Assembly: GCF_001194135.2 (NCBI RefSeq)
Contig: NC_068999.1
Coordinates: 53,948,849-54,012,848 of the forward strand
DNA length: 64,000 nt
Direction: 5' to 3'
Source: Octopus bimaculoides
Lineage: Eukaryota
The notes beneath the pieces were generated by a model. The model saw nothing but the letters and a program-made list of their open reading frames with translations, did no database searches and had not been told where the DNA came from. Position numbers and translations under genes: made by a program. How positions within the stretch are numbered: position 1 is the stretch's first letter; each line of letters starts with the position of its first letter. Of this stretch, positions 35,840-49,399 are shown piece after piece.

Positions 35840-36901
35840 GTAAGCCAGTTTTAATACATGTTATACTTTAATAGTAAACTTTATAATTATGTCTGCTTTT
35901 TCCTGTTAACTGAGCTTGGATTTTAAATATTTGCATGTTTTAAGAATGGTGTTCTCTACCAATGATGGCGCTCTGAGAACTGCAGATAGAGGGTAAGTTC
36001 TCTGACTAATCTCTACAACAATTTTTTAACTTTTGTCACCTTAATTCTCCACTAAAACCTTCAGTAATGAATAAATTGGTCATCAGAAATATAAATATTT
36101 CCTAGCAGTTAGGCTTTAAAAATACGGAAAAATTTAAATTATAATAAAGGTGTGTGTGTGTTTATATCTATGTGTCAATTACTTGGTATTAAATAAGGCC
36201 TGTGATCAGTAGTGATGTTAGGTGCTTACTGAGGTCACTAGATATTTCACTTATGTATTCTAGTATTCTTGGCACTGGTATTCTATCTAATGTTGCTTTT
36301 GTAGAGCCAGAGTAGATACTATGAGGAATCTTGCTCAATCTGCTGCTGACAGTTCTGCCAAAGCACCACACTGGATTGCTGCTTCATATATTGACCTTAA
36401 AAGGATGGAAAACAAAGTTGACTTTGGCAGGAGCTGAACTTTGTGAGTAAATATTGTGAGGCATTCTATCCAATGCCCTCGTGATTGCCAAAGTATCAGG
36501 CTGAAGGAACTCTCAGCTGCAGGTGGTGATCTGGTATTTGAATATTTGATAAGAGGGGAAGAGACTTGGGTGGAGGTGGGAAACTGTGATCCTCATCAAC
36601 CCAGAAAATGTTTTGCTCTAAACAAACTTATCTGGTTTGCGAAATGTGTGTTTTAAGTTAACATACTGACTAAATGTGGATTTCGCAACTTATTTTGGGC
36701 CTTTAAGCAAAGTTGGAAGAAAGAAATTTTACCAAAAAAAAATGTTAATTTTTTTTCTCATAAAACTAGAAAAGAGAATCACTAGCCACAGCTGGAAGTG
36801 AAGGTGTCTTCCAGTTGTACATGAAACAGTTTCTGTATTTAAGTCCAATAATTGTTGTAAAGAAAAAGTTATGAAATTTATTTTTTTGTTTGTTTGAATA
36901 G

Positions 36902-37066
36902 AGAATATATATCGTCTGATCGGGATTTGGGTTCTTCACGTTCAAGCCGAGATTACATTTCTCCAAGATATGATGATCTGGACAGAGAGTATTCCAGTCG
37001 GAATTTTGTATCTAGAGAACACACGTCTTCCACTAGTCGTGGTAGTCGATCATATGGTTCCAGCAG
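36902..37066 (+). CDS. RBMX: RBMX-like, SRDY-rich exon
   Basis: tgaatag|A...AG|gtattg, phase 2/2, REYISSDRDLGSSRSSRDYISPRYDD... resembles the RBMX SSRDY region. Confidence 0.88.
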
Positions 37067-37587
37067 GTATTGTCTACTTTATTTAATGTAATACTTGAAC
37101 GTTTTTCATTTTGTCATTGTTCTTGTACAAAAGTGTTTTTTCTTTCTGCAATGTGAGCTACACAATAAGTTTCGTGCTTGGTCAGTTTGCACCTTGCTCT
37201 ACTACCAACTAGAGTTTTCACTATCATTGAGAGGATATGAATTATGATGTCTTCCATTGATGGACATCCCAATGGCCTCAAATTGCTCAATACCTTATGA
37301 GTGCAATGGAAACTGTTTTCTGCTTAAAATTACTATATATAGTATTTCTTGGACGGCAAGTTGCACAATCCTTGTCATTCTCTCGCTGTCAATAATACAG
37401 TAAACCTAGGACCACTAGAAATTGAGATCTCTAAGTCAATTTTGGAAAACCCTTGGTCCTGATATTAAGAATCATCATCAGCAATTTTTTATTTACTAAT
37501 ATATAACACCCTTATCCTCTTTGTAAATACTATTTGATGTCTTCTTTGCTGTTGAATGTTATTGTATTATAAATTCTGTTCTCTCAG

Positions 37588-37673
37588 GGAATCTGGTCGT
37601 AGTTTCTCTAGCCATAATTATGACAGAGGTGTGGATCTCTCTCCTCGTGAGTACGACTCCTACAGAAGTTATG
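37588..37673 (+). CDS. RBMX: RBMX-like exon
   Basis: ctctcag|G...ATG|gtgagt, phase 2/1, RESGRSFSSHNYDRGVDLSPREYDSYRSY. Confidence 0.87.
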
Positions 37674-40120
37674 GTGAGTTTGATCATTTTTCTGAAATAC
37701 AAAATTCAGCTAAAGTTGATTCATTTAACTAAATTGTGTATGTGTATGCAGGTATCAGTGAAGTGCATGAGTCTTGGGTGAGTTTAGAGGACTGCTTAAC
37801 TTTTCCTAATTGAATTTTTATTGTGAGTGTTGACTTCACAAGAAATTAGTACAAGATATTTTGATAGTTTTAAAATAGGTTCTCTGATAATAAAAAAAGA
37901 AAAAATGTTAAAACTGGCTTAAAATAGAAGCCAGTCATTCGATGTTACAACCTTGTAGTTTTACAAACATTGAAAGACCTTCAACCTTAAGTTCTCAAAA
38001 CCCTAATTTGTAATTATGAGCTTAATACAAGTTACTTGACTATTAGTCCTCTAATGTAAATACTGATTTGCTAATTTTGGGGACATTTTTGGACTACTAA
38101 TTGCAACTGTTTTTCATATTTTTACTTGTATTGCTCAGTTTCAAAATTATTAATTGCTGACTTGTGTAAAATTTAGCGAACATTATTTCACTTCCAAATG
38201 TCAGCACAACTAAGCCAGACATTAGTTCAGCTGCTCATTATTTAAGCAAGTCTTCAATATTGATATATAGTTTTTTTTCACTCTGCAAATTTTCTTAGTG
38301 TTTAATGTCATCCTATGTATCTTGATAATTACTACAAACATTGCTGAAAGCTAGACTGGTCAGTGTTAGTCATGTGTTTAATAGTTGTTGGCACATTGAG
38401 TACCATGTTTTGCAAATGGTACCTTGAGCATTATTTTTATAGCTAGGGCTCACACAGCTGATGCAATACAAAAATGTGAAAATCAATTATCTTCACAACC
38501 AACTTTTCTGATTTGCGACTAATTTGTCACAATGTCAATTGGGGATTTTTTTGCTGAATATTTGCATTTTCATTTGTAGACCACTAATACACATGGATCA
38601 TTTGTATGTCTAATATCAATCCTATGTTGGTTTACCATTTCTCTAATTATGATACTCTTGTCATTTGCTTAAAAGAACTACAAGCTTTACTTAGCATAAC
38701 CTGTCTGCATTCTAGAAATGTGACTTGTAGAGGAGTCAAATATTTTATTGATTTGTCTTTAAAAAACATTAGTTCTTCAGTTTATCTGACCATTAGTTTC
38801 AACTTGGTGCCTTAATACTATTGCCAAATTAGTTTAACTCACTAATATTGGTAAAATGTAAATGTCTGACAGTAGGGAATGATTTCTCAGTATAATGATG
38901 ATACAGAAGTTAATGTTGTGTGCATAAAAAAGCTTCACTAATTTATGTATTAAAAAATTTTGTGTTTGAAAGCATCTGAGATTTTGATGGTTTACAAATA
39001 TTCCTTTATGTTCAGTTTACTACTAATTTCTGTTGTAATTTAAAATTTTTAAATCACAAAGTAAAACAAAAAAGAAAAGAAAGTAAGAGAAAAGCAAGTT
39101 ACTCAAACGCTTCCATCTGCATATTAGTTTCATTGGCTGTTTGTTTTATTTAATTTATTTATTGTAGTAACTTACAAAGTTTGCTTCGTTGGCTTTTGTT
39201 TTAAATAATTCTATATCTTAACTTTGTTTCTGACATTGGTCAAACTAAACTGGCTTGATTCTCAATGTACCTTGTCAGAAATTGATAAACAAAGAAAGAA
39301 AGAAATTCCTGAAAAAATTTTAACTTCAACTACATTCAATTGTATGAATGCTTCAATGAAATCTTCAACTTATCCCATCATCCATGCTTTTGATGTTATG
39401 AACAACTGTACAGGCAATCAAAATACAGCTAGTATAACATTCTATCATTATCAAATTTGGACACAAGAAACAGTTTCTGCAGCCTAAAAATATCTGAGCC
39501 CAAGCAGATAGTTTCAGCATTGTGCAATCTAACTAGAAATTTGTGGTAACTTATTTCAAACTGCAGGTGCCATACTTAGAGAGTTAGAAATACACATATA
39601 CATATATCTGTTCTTGGAAAATGTTGACTCAATAAAAAGGGAAAAAAGCAACAAAACTTATGCCAATTATCAAAAGTGCTTTGAACCAGCTGAACTGAAT
39701 AATTTTAAAGAGGCAAATATTCACCACAAATTGAAAATCTACAGAACGAATTGAATGGATCATGAAAATATTTTTAACTAACAAATCACTCGTTGGAATT
39801 CTGAAAACTAAATGGCCCTTTGTTCATTGGAACATTATTTGAGGGGTGGGTGGTGTTTTTGAGATTTGGGGGTTTATTGGGGTTTTCCTTGGATAATGAT
39901 GATGGAAGAAGATGTGTTTTCTGTTTCAACTGTGTTCTACAATTTTAATTAGTCCTTGTTAAAGCATTGTTTTCTACTACATGTGAAATGTTAGATTATT
40001 CTGTCTTGTTAATATTCTCTTGTTTGCATTTAAACAAATGTTATTTTATTTCCAAACTGTTACATGCAATACTTTAAAAGCAACCTCTTCTAGTTGCATG
40101 GTGATATTTGTAAATTCTAG

Positions 40121-40524
40121 GCCCTCGTGACACTCCGAATCCAAACAGAGGACCTCCATCACGCAGTTACTCTTCCTATGGACCTTCTTCCAGCACACAT
40201 CGCAGTTATATATCTAGCAGTTCACGAGGAGGGCCATCTTCATCCTGTGGCCCACCTCCAAGCATGTCCTCAAGGGGCCCAGCCCCGCCTATCTCTTCTA
40301 GAGGACCACCACTCTCCTCCAGAGGGCCACCACCTATGTCATCTCGTGGTCCACCTATGTCTCGCAGAGGCTCCATTGGCAGTGATCAACGTGGAGAATA
40401 CAGTCGAGAAGTCTATCCTTCTGGAAGTCGCCGCCCTGCTCCTCAGGACTCTAGAGGTCCCTCAGCCAAACGTCCGAGAGGTGCAGATGGACCATCAAGA
40501 AGTGGACCGCCATTCAGGCGCTAA
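40121..40524 (+). CDS. RBMX: RBMX-like, terminal coding exon (SSRGPP repeats); total CDS 501 aa, or 514 aa with the micro-exon
   Basis: attctag|GC CCT CGT GAC...CGC TAA, phase 1; summed exon lengths 1506 nt keep one frame from ATG 26406. Confidence 0.9.
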
Positions 40525-42269
40525 TTTTCTTTTTTCAACCACTTATAGTCAATAGAGTATTTTAGTTTATTAAATATCTTTAACTTGATATTTTCTTTTC
40601 TTTTTGAGAAAACAAAATTTTTACAGTCCTTCTACAGTTTCCTCATGCTACACTATTCATTGTCTAAAACTAGTTGACTTTAGAACTACCACTTGATTTA
40701 CCTCCTTTGTGAATCTTATCAACCTCCTGTAATCAAACCTCAACTGATGATGCCATTCTGACTATTCATTACAACATGTAGTTCACATGTCCCATTTATA
40801 CAACTGATTGGTATTTATTTGAACGATCAATGACTTTACCATTTGATTGGACTGAAGTTTACTTCAAATCCCCAACTGAACTCCATTACCTGAAGTAAAG
40901 GATAATCATACAACCTGAATGCATTTTAAACAAGTTCCCTGAGCGAATATTTAACCATCTGTGCTAATCATCGGAAATTTTTAGACCAAATGGCATAACA
41001 TTAACTTACAATTGGACATTAGTATAAAATCTCTCATCAACACCTGAACATTAATACCTCTGCTGTTTTGTCATCAACTTTCACTCCATTGTCATTCAAT
41101 GTTTCTTATTTTTATTACAAAATTATTCAAATGTTTGTAAGCCTTCTTAATTTTTTGTGTAACCTATTTTCATGCAAGTAAAACAATTGAAATGAAGACT
41201 ACAAATTCTTAAATGGGATTGGTTTGAAATAAATTAAACCACCAAATTGTAATTCAAATAAACTTGCTTTACCTTTTGTTTAATTAGCTCCATTCTAAGC
41301 TAAATGATGTACCTTAAAATGAGCTGCAGTGGGTTTCTGATCTCTTACTCAAATTTCATATTACAATACAAAATAGCTTTAGAAAATTTACTAGCCCATT
41401 TCTTTTTGTAAGTCATCTTTGCTAAATTATTTTACCATATGAGTAAAATTAAGAATTAAATTTCCACTGCAAGTGTAATTTGTAATACATTGTATTATTT
41501 TAAGCAGCATTTTGCCAGCCGTGATTTTAAAAATATTGTTGGTCCTCCAGTATGTTCATTTTAATTAATGGCTATGAAGGGAAAAAACCACCTAAATCTC
41601 TCCAACTGCTGCAATTAAAACTTTTTGTTGAAGAAACTCCCACAACTTGACATAATGAAAGTTCTTTAAAAAACATTCTTTACTTACATTCACTGTAATC
41701 AAATGACCAATCCTTAATGAATCTAACAAGTATATATACAAAAACTCCACTGGGCATTGTGTTTAATGTCACATGATGGCTTAGAGTCTAATTTCTCTCC
41801 ACAAAGAACAAGTCCTTGTATTTCAATAAAATCCTGCTCAACAGTTGTAAACTTATTTTGTTACTCTTGATTCCTTGAGATGACAAGTCTGTGACTGGAA
41901 TATGTGAAAAAGGAAGCTAGCCAACTAGTGTATGGATTCTCTGCAGACATTGAATTTGGTTTCTAGTTGTAAATACTTGTCTTATATTTTAATACGTTAA
42001 AGTAAACTTTAACCTTATTGGATCTGATCATCATCTCTGGTGTCTTCAACATTAACAAAACCCTCTCCCAGTGAATTGATATATTCAGCAACTTAACAGC
42101 GTTGTGGAAAAAAATTATTCTAACTGGAGCTTTGCAAATCCGTACCTGTCATATAACTTGTGTCTGGAGAAAATTTCGCTTAAAACTTGTCAATTTATAG
42201 TTATGGAAGAAGTATTATGTCTCATACGGCCAAGAAAAACTTAGTTTTCTCAGTATATGTTTATTTTTT

Positions 42270-42312
<43 letters not shown>

Positions 42313-45300
42313 ATATATACACATACACACATATATATATATATATAACTTTACATTGTTTTGTTAATTACCTGAGTTTCACCTAAAACCAACCGAGAGA
42401 CATGCATTTTGGTCAAAAGAAGTCTATTCAGAATGATACCTGTTCAACGTTTTTTAAAGCAATTCAAGTTTTTAATACAGAATAATAATGAAACAAAGAA
42501 AGTTTAGTCTCTACATCCACACAATATTTATGATTTAAATATCTGCAAAGCAAAATCTGGCTCTCTCTCTCATTCAAGCTGTGCCAACTTATTTCAATGA
42601 CGCAATTTCAGTCAAGTCAAGATTGTAAATCTGATTGAAAAATGAGTTTTAGTATCCGTTTTATTAATACTAATGGTAATCCTTTCTACTAAAGGCACAA
42701 GGCCTGAAATTGGAGGGGAGGGGACTAGTTGATTACATTGACCCCAGTATTTCACTGGTACTTAATTTATCGACCCTGAAAGGATGAAAGGCAAAGTCAG
42801 CCTCAGTGGAATTGGAACAAAGAACGTAAAGATGGACGAAATGCCACCAAGCATTTTGCCTGGCGTAATAATAGAACCACAGCTGCTGTTTGCTGTCAGT
42901 GAATAAAAGGTAACTAAGGAATTTAAAAGTGCCCATCTGGCAAGATATAACATCTTGAACCTTCTAATTTGGCCAACATAGATGTCAGAATATCTTAACT
43001 AACTTCAATACATGGTTCACCATGGTTAAATGGTAAATTTAAGAAAGAGTTTGTGAATGGTTTTTATCTCTTCATACTAGGTTTTGCTGATGCTAAGTCA
43101 GACAAGATTTTTAATCTTAATGTTAATAATTTTTTGGAACTCTTTTAACAAATCTACCAGAAAATTATATTGCTATTTGCTACATTGTTTGTAATATTTT
43201 GCCAAACACCTGAGCATATATAAAACTTAAGTATTGAACCAGAAAAAAACCTCTCTTAAAACAAATTCTTAAATTACCAAAAACTGTCATGAAGGAAAAT
43301 TTTTAAACAAGATGAAAATTGAAGTATATCACTTGGGTAGGTATACAAAGTTTGCAAATGTTGCAGAAATATTGAAAGTTGAACCACTTGCACATGCTGA
43401 TATGGTGTCAAAAGAATGGTAGGTACACAATTTCCGTCTTGCTGGTCTGCTTGAGGCTTCATTGATTTCTTCATGTGGCAGTATGTTACCAAAGTGCTGT
43501 TGTAATAAGATGAGTGGAAGCTGACCTGTATTTTCAAAATTTAAGCTAGTTTCCTACTAAAGCAGCCAAGTAAATCAGATGTTTGCTGTATTAAAATCCT
43601 GAGTATTGTAAAGATTCACTGTCAGTTATGCAAGCTCCTGTCTTTGCACTCATCTCATTCACCTCAGCTCCTGGTTGTAAACTATTTCACCTCACTACTT
43701 TTCGAAAACGTTTGAAAGCAAATAACAAAGCATCAGGAATTTAAACAAGGAACCAACATAAGGAATTCTTTGGAATGAAAGGATCAAATTATATTGTCTA
43801 CCGAAAATGTCACTGAATCAACGCAGGATGGATTAGAGTAAATTATCTTCTGGTAAGTATAGTCAAGAAGACTGCTCCAGCTGGTGTTTGTCAAAACAAA
43901 TGCTAAAGTGAAATATGGCTAATCGTTGCTCGTTTCAGATGGCAGTTAATATTTCAACTAATTAGAAACAAAGTTTCTTTCCAAACAATATCTACAACAG
44001 ACTGCATGAATTCATCACATTCTACGTCTGGATCTCTCTGATTCATGTCTCATCTGCAAGGCCTAAGTACAGCAGTTAACTTTTCAAATCTCCACATTCA
44101 TCCATAACAATGTACAGATTTGTCTCTTAATTTGGATTATATCTATATTTCAGGCCATTCAATGGAAGTAGTCTGTCTCTGCCTACCATGGTGTTTTTGG
44201 TTAACATTCTGCTACTACAACTACTACCACTCATGGCCTCTTTCTCCTGTTTTCTGTTGCAACATCCTGACTTAATTGTGGTCTCTGCTGTTTTAACATT
44301 TTTCCAATTCTGGAAACTGGGAATGTTGCCTGTTCATTCTCTTGTTAGAATGTTGGCTGTGAACTTTGCCAGCTGGGTCAGTATAACCCCAAAAGTCAGG
44401 CCAAGTCATTTAGCTGGTTCAGTCGCTTAGACTAACCATCTCCACCTGGTTCTACTCCATTGTGGATGATTAAAGCCTTACTAAGTGACTGTTGGGTGAG
44501 TACTAGGCCTTTATGGTTTATCTATTACAAAATTCAGCAATGAGCTGCTATATGAAGGTAGGTTTTTCATGTATATACTTTTGTGAGTTAAGCTATTTCA
44601 GACGTTTCCTATTCCAGCAGACAAATGAAGGTAGTGTATATATCTTTCTTCTACAGTTTCTTTTTACTTTCAGGAATTCACACTTTTGTGTATTGAGATT
44701 TTATTTTGTAAATAATAAATATTTTATGAGCATTTTTGAGTTGTATCATTCTTGATTTAACACCAGGTTATAAATATCCAGTTATTTGATATGGTAGAGA
44801 TAACGGCTACATCTCCTTCAAATTACACCCTATGAGCTTAAGATCTCGTGAGTAAAGGACAGAATGGTCGTGGTAAGAACTTTGATCGTGGCTAGCTTGG
44901 AATTAACAATAATTGACAGTTGTGAAGGTGTATGACTCTGTGATTAGAGCATTGGACTTGCAATCATGAGGTGGTCAGTTCAGTTCTTGTGTTAAGACAC
45001 TTTATTTCATGTTCCAGTTCATTCAGATGTAGGAATGAGCTACAGCATCACTGGTGCCAAGCTGTATCGGCTTTTGCCTTTCCCTTGGTCAACATCAGTG
45101 GCATGGAGAGGGGAGACTGATATGCATGGGCAACTGCTGGTCTTTCATAAACAAACTTGTGCCTTGGAGAGGAACTTTCTACATGCAATCCCATGGTCAT
45201 TTGTGACCAAAAAGGGTCTTCACCTTAATTTACTGTTATGCTCCCTCCCAGGTCTATGCAGTGGCCACTCTCTTTATCACTAAAAACTTTTTTCTCAGAT

Positions 45301-48217
45301 TGCAAAATGTGCAGAAAAATTGGATTTTAGGTTGGTGCAGATATAACTAATTAAGAATTTGCTTCCCAATCACGTGGTCGATTTGACTGCATAACACCCA
45401 ATGCAGCCCTTACGAGTGAATTTGGTAAGAGTTAGCAACATGAAGTACATCATAGATTGACCTGTGGGAAAACAGCTGTATGTATGTTCAAGTGTCACAC
45501 TGCCCTACTTCTCACATTCTCTATTTACTGTTCTCTGACTAAATGTCAACAGAAATAATTCCTGTCATGAGGCAGCTAGCTACATGTGTGAAGCAACAGG
45601 AATATTTTAGCTGCATTAGTCAAACAAATCCTCTTAAAATAATTGTTCTGTAAGTTAGGATAATATCCTTTGTTTTATATATATTGCTATGTGAAGTAAT
45701 TCTTGTGCTGGCTTATTGTGTTAATTACCAGAAATAACAATGTGCCTGACTGAATGACAGCATTTGAGTACCCATTACATTCTGAAGTCAGTCCCCATTG
45801 GTAACTTAATTTCCTGAGTGAGTAGAGAGTTTTTATTAAATTGGCTATAACCATCTCCCCTACAAAAACATTTTGATTTTTGACTGTAGGAAAACATTGT
45901 AGTTGTGGGCAAAAAAGAGAATGTCAGCTATAATGCTAATTAAAGTATAGGTTTTCACCTCTTAGATACGAGTTAATATTCTTTGGCGTTGATTCAATCA
46001 ACAATCCCCTTATACAAATGTGTGGCCTTGAATAAAATATCTTTTTCCAGAGCAACTGTGTTCTGGCATCAATGAAAACTGCATTTAATACTGCATAAAT
46101 AGGTGATGGTTAGATAACTACCGTATTCCACATTCACAAGAATAATGCCCCATTAAATTTTCTTAAATGCAGTTATCAGACCGATGAATTAAATTTAGTC
46201 CACTGAAGATAAGTGTATGGTAATTGTTTTCTCTCTCTCAGTAATATATGGAAGGTAACATACTTAATGGCTCATGGGTCTTGACTTGTTGAGTCACTTA
46301 AGCCAGCTAAAGACTTAGTATTAGGCATGTCTGTGGAAAGAGCTCTGTTATAGATGAGTGATTTGCCTGTAGCAGAGTTATGGGAACCCTTTACCTACAT
46401 TCAAATTTGAAGTTTCCAGCTGTCATCTTTACATGAGAAACAATTGAATTTATAAAATTAAAGATACATTATTTCTATTTTTCAGCACTGATGCACACCT
46501 ACATGTTTTGATAGACTTGCAGTGTACTAAAATCTTTTTTTAATCCCTGACCTACAGGAAGCTGTAGCTTTCTTTTATGCAATGCTACAGAAAATGGAAT
46601 TAAGAAAGTAAGTTCCTTTGAACTCCTGTAGTTTCTGATAGGATGAACGTTTTCAATAGACATACTTTCTGTAGAAAGACTGGTAGTCAGTGAAATTAGT
46701 TGACACCAGTAATTAGATATTTATCAGCAAAGAAATGTAGGACAAACATTTCTGGCATTTCTCCACCTCATCCAGGTGTAATGTATTATATTTAGAAAGC
46801 ATCAATTTTTATCTGGAGCGAATAAGTAATTAGTACATCTCCCCCACCCCCACCCCACGCAGTGGTACTGAATCAGGACTGTGGCTGGGAAGTAAGCTTC
46901 TTACCAAACAGCCACGCCTCACCAAGTATTTCTTTGTAACTTGTAGGTAGTCTTCTGCCTTTCTAAGATGTCTTGCTTCTCTACAAATTTGTGGTCTTTA
47001 CAAAATATAGAAATTATGAACAACCTCTTTAAATTAGTATTTGTTTATTCTTTTCTCCACCATCAATACCTTCGTTTGACTTAAATAAGGTCTCGTTGAG
47101 TTAAAATAGGGTTTTTTTTTTAATACCAAAACATGGAAAGGTGTGAGTCTTTCACCGACAAAACTAGGGTACAGAGTTACCTACCTCTGAAGCTTGTTTC
47201 CCCTGACACGTCAATATTTCTTTATATTCATTACTAATTTTTTAGCTTGGGCAATTTTATTCCCTTTCGTTATTCTCTTTTTCTTTTTTTAACTGTAATG
47301 TCAGATTTATGAAAAGAGGATTCGACTAATTACTGATAAAGTATAGAAAATAATGATAGAGGTTTCTATGTTCTTGCTGTAAAGTTTTACATTTCTTTTG
47401 TGTGGGTGATTAATGGTCGAGGTTGAATGTATAATAGAATTGAGTTTTACTGTTCACCTGATATCCAGTTAGATAATCTGAAAACTTCTTTAGTTCTCTA
47501 GGCTAGTTTTTCTCCTACGAACACACACGCACAATAAAGAGAGAAAGACTTGACTCATTGCTCTCCTCATTTTAAAGTATAGGGAAAGTCTGGCTGGAAA
47601 TAATTTCTCTTCAATAGATTTCCAGATTAAGAGGGGAATAAATATATTTATTTCTACAACATTCAGCTTTCAGAAATTGATTACTATTTGTTTTATGTTC
47701 TTACGTAAGTACGCAGTGGTGTTCTGACACTCCAATAAATATATTTTGACAGTTAGCCAAGACGAGTCGTAGGAAACTCAGGAAGATTTTGAAAGTGTTC
47801 TCCAGTTTTTAATGAATACTTCCTGTGTCTATATATCTGTATGTAATGTGTGTGTGCACTAAGATCATGTGATACAGTAATGAGATGGGATAAACATTTA
47901 GTTTCATATATTTGAATGTGTGTATATACACACATTGCTTACAATTTGATGAGATTCTTTTTCATCTAATCCTAAGAAACAAAGCAAAATACTAGGCATT
48001 CTTTAGTCCAATAAACCCTCATGCTATTGAAGTGGCAGAATCAGTGGAACTTGGTTATTCTGTGTTCAGATCTTGTTGGGGGTTAACTATTCCTTCTTCC
48101 CAATATATGGCCTTGCGTCTGCCAGAAACTATTACTGAAATGGTTGGACAGTGGAAGTAATTAGAGCACTTAAAGAAATATGTTGTAATGTTCTGAGAAG
48201 AGAACATTGATTTTGTA

Positions 48218-48579
48218 TTTTGGGGATGAGGTTCCAAGACAGCGGAGATGGATAGATAGAAATATAGGTAAGTAGATATAGTCAGACAGATGGGTAGAGG
48301 GTAAGAGAGAGAGGAGTATCTACCTTCCTATTCATCATTTATTTTTTGCTTTTACCATTGTATTGGAATGAGTTTAAGGATGGTGACCTTCAAAACAATA
48401 AATAAAAATTAAAAAATAGGTGGGGTTTTTTTTTTTTTGAAGAGGTCACCATCCTTAAACTCATTCCAATAGGAAGGAGGATACCCCTTCTCTCTCTCTT
48501 ACCTTCTACCCATCTGCCTATCTACCTACCTATATTTCTATCTATCCGTCTCCATTGTCTTGGAACTTCACCCCCAAAA
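48218..48579. repeat. Foldback element, ~145-bp arms and ~40-nt loop
   Basis: ttttggggatgaggttccaagac...ggtgaccttcaaaa pairs with ttttgaagaggtcacc...gtcttggaacttcacccccaaaa. Confidence 0.9.
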
Positions 48580-48740
48580 ACCATGTTTTATATAAATGAA
48601 CAAGCTGTTTGTACATTCACAAAATTGTATTTGACACATTCTAGAGAGGGACGAAAGCACTAATAATGAAATAAAAGGATTTTTTTCCAAAATTCTGACG
48701 ACTTTTTTTCTCACTATTCAATTCTGTACATCACACCTAA

Positions 48741-48784
<44 letters not shown>

Positions 48785-49002
48785 GTGTTTCGCTTAAGTA
48801 TTGTGAGACTAATAACCTGGCGAGGAACTCAATATACATGTGCTTCACAACAACGCGTTAGTTGAGTACAGAGCGGCAGTAAGAAATTCTGAAGAATCTA
48901 TTAGGTGTTTGTTACTCAGGCAGTCCACTATGAATCCACTGCATCTTAAGGCAGAAACAGCTGTAAGCTAATGAAGTTCATATTCCTTTGCCATCTCATT
49001 GC

Positions 49003-49297
49003 GCAGGCGTGGCTGTGTGGTAAGAAGCTTGCCTCTCAACCACATGATTCTGGGTTCAGTCCCACTGCGTGGTAAGTGTCTTCTACTATAGACTTGCGCT
49101 GACCGGATTTGGTAGACGGAAACTGAAAGAAGTCCGTCGTGTATATATATTCGTGTGTGTGTGTGTGTGTTTGTCCCCGAAACTTAGCAGTTCAGCAAAA
49201 TAGACCGATAGAATAAGTACTAGGCTGGAGTCAATTTCTTCGACTGAAGGCGGTGCTCCAGCATGGCCGCGCTCAAATGACTGAAACGTGTAAAAGA
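49003..49297 (+). mobile_element. SINE family A with internal deletions
   Basis: gcgcaggcgtggctgtgtggtaag...gactgaaacgtgtaaaaga. Confidence 0.85.
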
Positions 49298-49399
49298 TAT
49301 ATATATATATATAATCATCTGCTCCCACATAACAGTATGATTTGGTAGCATGTACCGTGCTTTCACTAATTGTCATATATAATAAATTGATCTCTGTCA

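Noticed and set aside
38890-38980. C/D-box-like ATGATGA...CTGA in an RBMX intron (human RBMX hosts SNORD61)
   Set aside because: No terminal stem or recognisable rRNA antisense element, and the SNORD61-type guide (CCTCTAAGAAGTT as recalled) was not found in any intron. A snoscan/Infernal run would be decisive.
40127-40555. 142-aa alternative-frame ORF over the last RBMX exon (also the antisense ORF 31057-31431)
   Set aside because: Pro/Ser/Arg/Gly codons rarely create stops in shifted frames, and no splice path enters this frame.
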